Virus record (IMG/VR): IMGVR_UViG_3300021185_000007
Coordinates: 1 to 34,797 of that record
DNA: 34,797 nt
Reading direction: 5' to 3' (one strand)
DNA from: a virus
Taxonomy: Duplodnaviria > Caudoviricetes
Numbering within the stretch: position 1 is the first letter of the stretch; each line of letters begins with the position of its first letter. A program made the translations under genes and the position numbers. Of the stretch, positions 17,147 through 26,104 are shown piece by piece. Under the pieces are notes generated by a model. That model saw nothing but the letters and a program-made list of their open reading frames with translations. It was not told where the DNA came from and ran no database searches.

Positions 17147-18646
17147 ATGCCTTTACTACCAGTCACCCCTCCCGCTGGAGTAGTCACCAATGGAACAGAC
17201 TACGCTAATAAAGGGCGTTGGACTGATAGTAATTTAGTGCGTTTTCAAAATGGTTTTCTACGACCTATTGGTGGTTGGGAAAAAATAAGAACAACTGCTT
17301 TAACAGGTACGCCAACAGGAATGTTTGCGTACATTACTAATTCTGGTAAAAAAGTTTTAGCTGTAGGTACAAGACAAAAAATATATGTTAACCATGACGG
17401 AACTTGGTATGACATTACACCTTCAGGTTTTGTTTCTGACCAATCAACTGACCCACTTGGATACGGTGCATATAACTATGACGTTGAAGACTACGGAGAT
17501 GCCAGATCACAATCTGGATTATTCTTTGATTCTAAATCATGGTCTTTTGATAACTTTGGTGAAGACTTACTTTTCTGTTGTGCAAGTGATGGCAAGATTT
17601 ATAAATGGTCGCCTTCTGCACCATCAACCATAGGCGCACAGCTAACCAATTCTCCTACAGGATGTTCTGGTGTTTTAGTCACTAATGAACGTCATGTCAT
17701 AGCTCTAGGTGCTGGTGGCGATCCTAGAAAAGTACAATGGTCATCAAGAGAAGCAAGCACTACTTGGACAGCCGCAGCAACCAATACAGCTGGTGATTTA
17801 CAAATACCAACAGGCGGTAGAATATTAAGTGGTATTAAATGGCAAACAGATGTCATCATCTTTACCGATACAGGTATAGCAAGACTTTACTATACTGGTT
17901 CTCCTTTTATATACGGTATTCAAGATGCTGGTACTAACTGTAAAACTGCATCACCAAGAACAATAGTAAGTTCTGGAAACTTCTTAGCATGGATGGGTGA
18001 AAACTCTTTCTTTGTTTTTGATGGTTCTGTTAAAGAAATTAAATGTGATGTGCATGACCATATTTTTGATAATATAAAATATCAATATAGACGTATTGCT
18101 TGTGGTGGACACAACTCAAACTTTAATGAAATATGGTGGTTCTACCCTTCAGGGGATGCACAAAAAACACCAAACAAATATGTCATCTGGAACTATGTTG
18201 ATAATGTTTGGTCAATCGGTGAAATGGATAGAGGATGTTGGATCGACCAAGGTGTCTTTGATTATCCGATTGCATGTGATTCACTTGGTAATGTTTATCA
18301 GCATGACAGCACAACATTAAACAATTCAGAGAATTTAGGTGCAGCAGTACCTTACGCACAATCAGGACCTATTGAAATAGGTAACGGTGATAACTATGTG
18401 CAATGTAATCAGATACTACCCGATGAAGAAGCAAACACATTACCTGGTGTTGTGATAAGTTTTACAGGAAGATTTACACCACTCGGAGCAGAAACAGATT
18501 TTGGTAACTTTACTTTTAATAGTGATGGTTATACCGATGCAAGATTTACAGCCAGACAAGTTCGTATGAAAGTAACTGGCGATACTGACCAGATGTTTCA
18601 GGTTGGTAATATACGATTAGATTTAAGAAATAGAGGTCGTAGATAG
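17147..18646 (+). CDS. Tail nozzle / head-closure protein (P22 gp10 / tail tubular B-like)
   Basis: 499 aa beta-rich; W.DSNLVRF, VQWS..E, FNEIWWFYPS; position before the ejection genes. Confidence 0.75.
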   Translation: MPLLPVTPPAGVVTNGTDYANKGRWTDSNLVRFQNGFLRPIGGWEKIRTTALTGTPTGMFAYITNSGKKVLAVGTRQKIYVNHDGTWYDITPSGFVSDQSTDPLGYGAYNYDVEDYGDARSQSGLFFDSKSWSFDNFGEDLLFCCASDGKIYKWSPSAPSTIGAQLTNSPTGCSGVLVTNERHVIALGAGGDPRKVQWSSREASTTWTAAATNTAGDLQIPTGGRILSGIKWQTDVIIFTDTGIARLYYTGSPFIYGIQDAGTNCKTASPRTIVSSGNFLAWMGENSFFVFDGSVKEIKCDVHDHIFDNIKYQYRRIACGGHNSNFNEIWWFYPSGDAQKTPNKYVIWNYVDNVWSIGEMDRGCWIDQGVFDYPIACDSLGNVYQHDSTTLNNSENLGAAVPYAQSGPIEIGNGDNYVQCNQILPDEEANTLPGVVISFTGRFTPLGAETDFGNFTFNSDGYTDARFTARQVRMKVTGDTDQMFQVGNIRLDLRNRGRR

Positions 18647-18873
18647 TGGCAAGAAAAACACTAACACGACCAGGTGAAGATTACGATAAAAACTATCTTA
18701 ACTATTTAATATCAGAGATAGAATATCAAACAGGTATGACTTTCAACAAAGGTGAAAGAATACAAATAAACGGTGGCGATGCTACCGAGTTAGTATTGGT
18801 AAGTCCAAATGGAACAAAATATAAAGTTAGTGTCGCAGACAACGGAACACTCTCCACCTCCACAACAGTCTAA
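18646..18873 (+). CDS. Hypothetical virion protein (75 aa)
   Basis: GTG start; L.SPNGT.YKVSV.DNGTLST motif of fibre-like trimers. Confidence 0.7.
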   Translation: MARKTLTRPGEDYDKNYLNYLISEIEYQTGMTFNKGERIQINGGDATELVLVSPNGTKYKVSVADNGTLSTSTTV

Positions 18874-19234
18874 AGAAGACTGGGAAGTAGAGTTTGAAAG
18901 GTTAGAGCATCATATTATTCGTGCATTAAAGCACCAAGATAGGTATAATCTAAGTGATATTAAAGAAAAAATAGGCCAAGGAATGTTTCATATATGGCCA
19001 GGAAAAGATGCTTTTTACATATCTAGCTTTGGTGAGTTTCCTAAATACAGAGTTTTAAATTTATTTTTGTGTGGTGGAGACTACGAAGAACTAGAAGAGA
19101 TGTTTCCAAGCATTGAAGTATTTGCAAAAAATTGTGAATGTAAATATCTTTATGGCGGTGGTCGTAAAGGTTGGATAAGAAAATTAAAACATCTTGGTTT
19201 TGAACAAGAATATATAGTCAAGAAGGAATTATAA
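18809..19234 (+). CDS. GNAT-like fold protein preceding the ejection genes
   Basis: LFLCGGD..EL...FAK...C......GRKGW.R.L..LGF; start codon uncertain. Confidence 0.65.
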   Translation: MEQNIKLVSQTTEHSPPPQQSKEDWEVEFERLEHHIIRALKHQDRYNLSDIKEKIGQGMFHIWPGKDAFYISSFGEFPKYRVLNLFLCGGDYEELEEMFPSIEVFAKNCECKYLYGGGRKGWIRKLKHLGFEQEYIVKKEL

Positions 19235-19236
19235 TT

Positions 19237-20514
19237 ATGGGATGGGAAACAATAATACCAGCAGCAGTAGGCTTATACGGTGCTACACAAGGTGGTGGAG
19301 ATACAACTGTAACAAATACTGATCCAGCGACACAAGCTCGTTATGATGATTTATACAATAGAGCTAAAGGTGTAGCGAACCAACCTTTCGTTCCTTATAC
19401 TGGCCCAAGAGTAGCAGGATATAATCCAGACCAATTAGCTGGTATGGATGCAACCAGAGGTTTGTTTAATCAAAGCCAACGATATAATCCGCAACAAGGT
19501 TTACAAACTCTATTAGGTAAAAGTTTAAGAGCACCAAAAGTCACACCTTTTACTGGTACAGCAACACAGTTACAACCAGCAGCAATGCAACAGGCAGCAA
19601 ACATAGCTCCAGTAGATTTATATAGCGGTGCTTCAGTTAATCGTGGTGCTATAAGAGATGTAAAACCACAATCATTATTAGATACAAATTTAAGTGCATA
19701 TCAAAATCCCTTTCAATCACAAGTTATAGACAATACACTTGGTGATTTAAACAGAGCAAGACAGATGCAATTACAAAGCGACCAAGATGCAGCAATCGGA
19801 AGAGGTGCATTTGGTGGTTCACGTTCAGCTATATTAGAAGCAGAAACAAATAGAAACTTTGCAGAACAGGCTGGTAAGTTATCTGGTGATTTAAGAGCGC
19901 AAGGTTTTGACAGAGCGACATCATTAGCTGGTCAAGACATAGGAAGACAGTTTTCAGCAGACCAATATATGTCTGATGCAGACAGAGCTGTTGCAATGCA
20001 AAATGCAACTTTTGGTCAACAGGCTGGATTAGCTAGACAAGGTTTACTTGGCGATGTTGCACAAAATCAAGCACAACTAGACGCAAGAAGATTTGGTGCC
20101 GACCAAAGTGCATTAAACCAATTTGGTTTACAGCAAGGCTCTTATAACAACGCAATGAACATGGCTAACATGGATGCAATAAACAAAGCAAGATTTACGC
20201 AACCACAATTAGAAATGCAAAACAGACAGTTCCAACAAGGTTTATTAAATAACCAAGTACAAAATCAATATCAAAACTTAGGTCTACTTGGTAATCAAGG
20301 AAGATCAGCACAAGCTCTATCACAAGCAGGTATGGATGCTGGCTATAACGAGTTTATGAGAGGATTAAATTACGGCCCACAACAACTTGGTTTATTATCA
20401 AGCGCGGTCTTTGGTATGGACCCAGGAAGATCAACTACTACTGAGCAAGGTAATCTTGGAAGACTTGGTGATGCTTTAGATATTTACCAAACCACTCAAG
20501 GATTGTTTGGATAG
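19237..20514 (+). CDS. DNA ejection / internal virion protein
   Basis: Gly/Ala hydrophobic N-terminus, PY.GPRVA and GAFGGSR motifs, Gln/Ala-rich helices. Confidence 0.75.
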   Translation: MGWETIIPAAVGLYGATQGGGDTTVTNTDPATQARYDDLYNRAKGVANQPFVPYTGPRVAGYNPDQLAGMDATRGLFNQSQRYNPQQGLQTLLGKSLRAPKVTPFTGTATQLQPAAMQQAANIAPVDLYSGASVNRGAIRDVKPQSLLDTNLSAYQNPFQSQVIDNTLGDLNRARQMQLQSDQDAAIGRGAFGGSRSAILEAETNRNFAEQAGKLSGDLRAQGFDRATSLAGQDIGRQFSADQYMSDADRAVAMQNATFGQQAGLARQGLLGDVAQNQAQLDARRFGADQSALNQFGLQQGSYNNAMNMANMDAINKARFTQPQLEMQNRQFQQGLLNNQVQNQYQNLGLLGNQGRSAQALSQAGMDAGYNEFMRGLNYGPQQLGLLSSAVFGMDPGRSTTTEQGNLGRLGDALDIYQTTQGLFG

Positions 20515-20523
20515 GAGATAATT

Positions 20524-21216
20524 ATGGATAATAGTAAATTAAAAGACTTCGCAGATACACTTCGTATGGTTAATGCCAACAAATCTGGTAATACCCAGGG
20601 CGTAGCTTTTTATTCAAACAAAATAAATCAAAGAAAATTAGAAGAACAAGCTAGATTAAAAAAAGAACAAGACAAATTAAAAGCAGAAAAATTACAACAA
20701 CAACAAGACGCATTTATAAAAGCAAATCCTCAGTTTGCACAAATAATAGAAATGGATAGATTATTTAAGCTTACTCCACCAGCTGCAAAAGACAGAAGAA
20801 TAGTTTTACAAAATGGTGTTCAATATTATGCAGATGACCAGACACCAGTTTTACCTAATGCTCCTGGCAAAATTAAAACTACTAAACAAAAGTATGACGA
20901 TCTTGCCGCTAAAATAAAAATTGAAATAGCTACTAATGGTAGAACTTCTCCTAATTTAACAACATCTGAATTAGATTTTTACGATGATTATATTAAAACT
21001 GGAAGTATAAATTATCTTAATAAAAGTATTGCTAACTTAATATCTGGTAATACAAGTGGACAAAATAACTCAACAAAAAACTATACAGTAACTAATAATT
21101 CTTACGGATCAATGAGTGCAAATGAAATCATTAATCAAGCAATGCAACTTAATCCAGGAGCTACAAGAGAAGGCGTTATAAAAAATTTAATAGCTAATAA
21201 AATAATATCAGAGTAA
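20524..21216 (+). CDS. Probable ejection protein (230 aa)
   Basis: Lies between two ejection-like genes; coiled coil. Confidence 0.6.
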   Translation: MDNSKLKDFADTLRMVNANKSGNTQGVAFYSNKINQRKLEEQARLKKEQDKLKAEKLQQQQDAFIKANPQFAQIIEMDRLFKLTPPAAKDRRIVLQNGVQYYADDQTPVLPNAPGKIKTTKQKYDDLAAKIKIEIATNGRTSPNLTTSELDFYDDYIKTGSINYLNKSIANLISGNTSGQNNSTKNYTVTNNSYGSMSANEIINQAMQLNPGATREGVIKNLIANKIISE

Positions 21217-21220
21217 TACT

Positions 21221-24200
21221 ATGGTAGATTTTATCATACCACCCCCACCCAAAGAGGAAGAAGGAGGGGGATTCAAAATACCTCCACCATCTGATATAGA
21301 TGATAAAGCTATACAAAACATTGCATCTGATGGTTTTATTATTCCTCCTACTCCAGAACAAATTACAGAAAACGATGGAAAACTATCTGAAGCTGAATTG
21401 AAAAAAAATCCTGAATGGATTAAAGTTGCAAAAAGTATTTATGAATTTAACGAAGGCACAACCCTCGGTGTTGAAAAAGATGGTCAACCTAAAAAACTAA
21501 ACTCCGATAAAGAATATGCAGATTACGCCCTAAGATACATGGGTTGGTTTAATTACAATATTCCTAAAATGGGTAATGAAGCACTTGATTTATTTGAGTT
21601 TGCCAACCAACAACAAAAAGAAGATTTTGTTACAGCAATGGATATGTACGACAACAAGAAAATTAGTTGGGCTGGAGTTGGTAGATTTATAAAAGGTGTT
21701 GGTTCTGATCCATCTACTTATGTGGGTATAGGAACATTGGGTGCTGGTCTTGTTGCAAGAGCTGGTGCTAAAGAAGCAACCAAACAATCTATTAAAGAGT
21801 TTGTAAAACAAGGAGCAATACAGGGAGCAAAGATTGGAGCCATAGAGGGTGCAACTTATTCAACAGTTGATAATGCTTTAAGACAATCTACCAGAATAAT
21901 GTCTGGTCAAAGAGAAGGCTTTGACTTTGGTGAGTCTGGACAGTCAGCATTATTTGGAGCTGGAGTAGGTGGTGTTTTTGGTAGTTCAATAGGTGGAACT
22001 GCTGCATATTTTAAAAATAAAAGTAATGTTGTTCCTAACGTAACAGATGAAGCTGAAGAGTTTGTTGTTCCACCAGCACAAGAAGAGTTAAAAGAAACTT
22101 TTGTTGGTCCAAAGGGTGAGCTTGTCGACACACCAGTAGCAGAAACACCAGTTACACCAGAGGTTGTTACTCCTAAAGTAGAAACACCTATACAAGAAAG
22201 TCCAAGAGTTGATTACGATACCTGGAAAACATTGTCACAAGAACAAAAAAATCAATTAGTTCCACCCAATGCACTTAACAGGGGTTTTGATAACGATGAA
22301 CTATTTGAAATGATTGATGGTGAAATTGGAGAATCATACGTTCCTCCATTTTCTAAAAAAGAATTTAGAGAATTTGTGCCAAGTAAATACAATGTTAATG
22401 AAAATGGCGTGGTTACAAATCCAGAAGTCTTTAAAATAGAACTGCCTAAAAGTTATAAGACTGAAATAGAAATAGACTATATAAAAGTTGGTGATAAATA
22501 TTTATTACCAGCGGGCAGAGGCAAGCCATCAGTTTCAAGTGATATTCTTTTAAACTCCCTTGATGAAGTAAAAGATTATTTAATTAACAGGTCTATAAAA
22601 GATTTTAGTGAGCCAAGAGAATATGGACCAGCTTCTTGGAATCAAAACATAAGACCTAAAATATTAAAGAAACTTGAAGAACAAAGAACCAAACTTGCAA
22701 CACTTAAAGTAGAAACACCGAAGCGTGGTACTAAGATTCCAGAAATATTAAAAGTTACTAAAGAGCCTAAAGTAAGAACTGCTACAGACTACATTGGTAA
22801 GATTAAAGACGGAGAAAGGTCTGGTGAACTAAAAGGTATATTTGAAGATGCGTCTGGAAACATACAAAGAAAATTTAAATCTGGTCAAAACCAAGAAGGA
22901 AATACTCTGGATGATTTAGATGATGTAGCAAACTCTATGATGGAAGACGGATTCTATAGTCAAGTTGATACTAGCGACACTGGTATGACTAATAGGGTAT
23001 TAGAAGATTTAAATAATAACACACCACATCCAGAAGATGCTGCTATATATGCAGAGTGGCAAAGAAAAACCGATGAAGGAAAAAAAGTAAGAAAAGTTTT
23101 AGACGATAATAAAGTTAATTATAGAGGTATGACTAACGAAGAAGTCATGCAAACTTATGATGATATTGTAAATGACAGACTTCCACCTGTAAGAGATGAA
23201 GTACCTCTTGAAATGTATGCAGATGAAATACAAGCAGCATCAAGTGGTGGCAATATTAATAATGTAAAAGCAGAAGATGTTATTGACCCAGCACCAGATG
23301 GTAGAGATTTTCAAACTGATACTACTACTGGTTTAAACCAAAGGGTTATTGATGTTGGTATGCAAATAATGGATGAACTTGAAATACCAAGAAATCCAAA
23401 TGTAAGAATATCAGACCAATTAAAAGAAGCAGTATTGTTAGCAAACTCTAGTCCTAAGTTTATGGATAAGTTTGTAGAAACTCTTAAAAAGAATAATCTA
23501 ACTGTTGAAGAACTATCTACAGTATTTAAAGAAAGCATATCTGATTCAGCAAGACGTATGCAACAACTAAGCACGGCTAGTAAAACAATGAAAAGAATTG
23601 GTCAAGAGCTTGGTGAGATTGCACCTGATGAAGGTTGGTATGCAAATTTTGCTAAAGAATACACAGATATAATTAGAGAGCTTGATAACATAAGAAGAGG
23701 TTTATTAGTTAGCCAGATAGCTACAGCAATGAGAAACAATACAGCTCAACTTGGTAGAGTTGGTATGCGAACACTTATAGAATCATTCGATGATATTTTA
23801 AATAGAACCTTTAATCCTTTAAGAAAAGCATTTGGAAAAGAAACAGTACCAGTTGATTATACAAAATCTTTTGGTTTGTTAATGAACCTTACAAAAAATA
23901 AAAAGAAGGCTAAAGAAATTACAGACTTTTTAACAAAATATTATGTTAATGAAAGTGATAGACTGTTCACAAAATATGCATCTGAAGTAGCAGACTCATC
24001 TAAATCAAAAGTATTAAAAGGTGCACAGAAGATGGTTGACGGACTCAACTTCTTAAACCGTATGCAAGAGTTCTGGTACAGAAGAGGAATGTTTGCAACA
24101 TCTATAAAAGATACCCTGGCTTTAAAAGGTATTGATATTAATAAAGTAGAAATAAATGAAGACCTACTTAAACACCTGAATGCATCTGATATAGAGAAAG

Positions 24201-25441
24201 CAGTAGATGATGCTTTGTTTTTTACTTATGCAAAAACACCAACAAATAAAGCACTAAAAGCATTTGTAGATTTATCTAACTCTATTCCATTTGTTACTAC
24301 TGGTTTAATTCCTTTTGCTAGGTTTATGGCTAATGCTATTGAGTTTCAGTTTAAACATAGTCCAGTTGGATTTGGATTATTATTAAGACCAAAAGAAATT
24401 AAAAAGATTGCAGCGGGAGATACTACTGCATTTAGCCAAGCCGTTATTGGTTCGACTATATTAATGGCAACAATAGAAGCTAAAAGAAAAGGAATGGCAG
24501 AGGATCATAAATGGTATGAACTAGAAACTACTGAAGGTAAAACAGTAGACATGAGGCCTTACTTTCCACTTACTCCATATTTATTTGTTGCCGATGTTAT
24601 TACAAGAATTGAATCTGGTCGTAACTGGGGTGATGCAAAAGATATTTTACAAGCATTATCAGGAGCACAGTTTAGAGCTGGTGCAAGTTTACAGTTAATA
24701 CAAAACTTACTAGATGGTTTAGGTGGTTTAGATACAGAAGAAAAAGTAAACAAGTTTATGTCTGATTATGTGTCTGATGTACTTGGTGGTTTTTTAACAC
24801 CGCTAAGAATGTTTAATGACTTTATAGAACAAGAACAAGACTTTAGAGCACCAGTTCCTACAGGTGAATTTTTAACTGATACAACCAATAGATTAAAAAC
24901 AAGTATACCCATAGTAAGAGAGCAGTTTCCAGAACTACAATCACCAACCAGAGCGGCTGCACCTGGAAGACCTGATACGGTCAAATTACCGATTGTGGGT
25001 GCAGAAGTACCAGGACCATTAACAAGACAGCTTACTGGTGCTACTGTAAGAGAAGAAAAGAATATAGCGGAAAGAGAGTTCGATAGACTTGGTTATAAAA
25101 GAAGAGATATATTACCTTACTCTGGTAACGCTGTTGTAGATCAAACAAGAGCAGAATATTTAGGACCTTTAATAGAAACAGTTATACCCGTTCTGGTTCA
25201 AAGCGAACAATATCAATCAAAAAACAACCAAGAAAAAAATGTTTTATTAAGACAGTCTTTAAAACTTTTAAGAGATGCTGCTAATGATTACATAAAAGAG
25301 AACAGAATAAATGAAGAAGCATTTGCAAAAGCAGCCTTCAATAGGCAGCCTAAATATATAAAGGCTTTACTAAACTCACAAGGTATCACAGCTGAAACTT
25401 TCTTAGAAAACTATGACACGCAAGACGGAGCGAATAGGTAG
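21221..25441 (+). CDS. Large internal virion / ejection protein (1406 aa)
   Basis: Largest ORF, at the end of the structural operon; Gly/Ala membrane-active segments (DPSTYVGIG...GAGVGGVFG); helical; IPFARF..N motif. Confidence 0.8.
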   Translation: MVDFIIPPPPKEEEGGGFKIPPPSDIDDKAIQNIASDGFIIPPTPEQITENDGKLSEAELKKNPEWIKVAKSIYEFNEGTTLGVEKDGQPKKLNSDKEYADYALRYMGWFNYNIPKMGNEALDLFEFANQQQKEDFVTAMDMYDNKKISWAGVGRFIKGVGSDPSTYVGIGTLGAGLVARAGAKEATKQSIKEFVKQGAIQGAKIGAIEGATYSTVDNALRQSTRIMSGQREGFDFGESGQSALFGAGVGGVFGSSIGGTAAYFKNKSNVVPNVTDEAEEFVVPPAQEELKETFVGPKGELVDTPVAETPVTPEVVTPKVETPIQESPRVDYDTWKTLSQEQKNQLVPPNALNRGFDNDELFEMIDGEIGESYVPPFSKKEFREFVPSKYNVNENGVVTNPEVFKIELPKSYKTEIEIDYIKVGDKYLLPAGRGKPSVSSDILLNSLDEVKDYLINRSIKDFSEPREYGPASWNQNIRPKILKKLEEQRTKLATLKVETPKRGTKIPEILKVTKEPKVRTATDYIGKIKDGERSGELKGIFEDASGNIQRKFKSGQNQEGNTLDDLDDVANSMMEDGFYSQVDTSDTGMTNRVLEDLNNNTPHPEDAAIYAEWQRKTDEGKKVRKVLDDNKVNYRGMTNEEVMQTYDDIVNDRLPPVRDEVPLEMYADEIQAASSGGNINNVKAEDVIDPAPDGRDFQTDTTTGLNQRVIDVGMQIMDELEIPRNPNVRISDQLKEAVLLANSSPKFMDKFVETLKKNNLTVEELSTVFKESISDSARRMQQLSTASKTMKRIGQELGEIAPDEGWYANFAKEYTDIIRELDNIRRGLLVSQIATAMRNNTAQLGRVGMRTLIESFDDILNRTFNPLRKAFGKETVPVDYTKSFGLLMNLTKNKKKAKEITDFLTKYYVNESDRLFTKYASEVADSSKSKVLKGAQKMVDGLNFLNRMQEFWYRRGMFATSIKDTLALKGIDINKVEINEDLLKHLNASDIEKAVDDALFFTYAKTPTNKALKAFVDLSNSIPFVTTGLIPFARFMANAIEFQFKHSPVGFGLLLRPKEIKKIAAGDTTAFSQAVIGSTILMATIEAKRKGMAEDHKWYELETTEGKTVDMRPYFPLTPYLFVADVITRIESGRNWGDAKDILQALSGAQFRAGASLQLIQNLLDGLGGLDTEEKVNKFMSDYVSDVLGGFLTPLRMFNDFIEQEQDFRAPVPTGEFLTDTTNRLKTSIPIVREQFPELQSPTRAAAPGRPDTVKLPIVGAEVPGPLTRQLTGATVREEKNIAEREFDRLGYKRRDILPYSGNAVVDQTRAEYLGPLIETVIPVLVQSEQYQSKNNQEKNVLLRQSLKLLRDAANDYIKENRINEEAFAKAAFNRQPKYIKALLNSQGITAETFLENYDTQDGANR

Positions 25442-25886
25442 GAGTGGTGAATACCTAACCTGCTCAGTTCTGGCGAGAGAATCAGACACCGTTACAATAA
25501 TGCCTCATACATCCCATGCCGATGTAATCTTTGAGTGGAAACATAAACTATATAGATGCCAAGTTAAAACAGTCACACATATAGAATCTAAATATAAAAA
25601 TTGGCGATTTGATATTCGCAAAGGCAATACCACAAAAGGAAGACATTATAATAAAAATCAAATAGATATAATCGCAATGGTTAATCTTGAATACCAGACC
25701 GTATGCTTTAGAGCCTTTTGTGATTGTCAAACAACACAAATCACGATAAAGGACGAAATTATGAAATCAACCAATTCTATTGATAGTTTAAAAGAAGCTA
25801 TGGAGTCGATTATTTTGGCGACTAATGGTCGACAAGACAAAAATGAGTCGACTTCTGGTACTAAAAAAACTGCAATAAATGGCTGA
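25413..25886 (+). CDS. PD-(D/E)XK endonuclease (PDDEXK_5-like)
   Basis: G..GEYL...ADVIF...RCQVKT...Y....ID.IA.V. Confidence 0.8.
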   Translation: MTRKTERIGRSGEYLTCSVLARESDTVTIMPHTSHADVIFEWKHKLYRCQVKTVTHIESKYKNWRFDIRKGNTTKGRHYNKNQIDIIAMVNLEYQTVCFRAFCDCQTTQITIKDEIMKSTNSIDSLKEAMESIILATNGRQDKNESTSGTKKTAING

Positions 25887-25909
25887 TTTCTGGTGTTTAT
25901 TCACCTAGT

Positions 25910-25936
25910 CGGGGAGTAGCGCAGCCTGGTAGCGCA
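25910..25936 (+). other. 27-nt 5' fragment of tRNA-Pro (putative attP core)
   Basis: CGGGGAGTAGCGCAGCCTGGTAGCGCA is the acceptor 5' strand plus the D-arm of bacterial tRNA-Pro; no anticodon arm or T-arm follows. Confidence 0.85.
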
Positions 25937-25993
25937 GGCAGAAATTTAACAATCACACAGTTTCTTGACTGTACATTATTTCCCTAAAAACCC

Positions 25994-26023
25994 TTGTTTT
26001 CTTTACAAGATTCGATTTATAAT
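25994..26023 (+). promoter_or_regulatory. Putative integrase promoter
   Basis: TTGTTT-N18-TATAAT upstream of the GGAGG RBS at 26092. Confidence 0.45.
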
Positions 26024-26104
26024 CTACTTAATAGGTAATTAAAATACACGTCATTTCGACACTAAAGGTCGACTGTATGGCGACTCTGCTTGGAGGTACG
26101 AGTT

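Larger units (their letters stand above)
25802..26085. mobile_element. attP region: tRNA-derived core with flanking arm-type repeats
   Basis: TGGCGACT at 25816 and 26078; GTCGAC-containing variants at 25828, 25847 and 26068; core at 25910-25936; directly upstream of the integrase. Confidence 0.75.

Noticed and set aside
2806-25739. Numerous minus-strand and alternate-frame ORFs inside structural genes (e.g. 3955-4353, 11444-11764, 17385-17633, 23311-23574)
   Set aside because: Fully nested in well-supported genes, no RBS or motifs, with composition typical of shadow frames.
25910-25990. Complete tRNA-Pro gene
   Set aside because: After nt 27 there is no anticodon stem, TTCGA T-loop or complementary acceptor strand.
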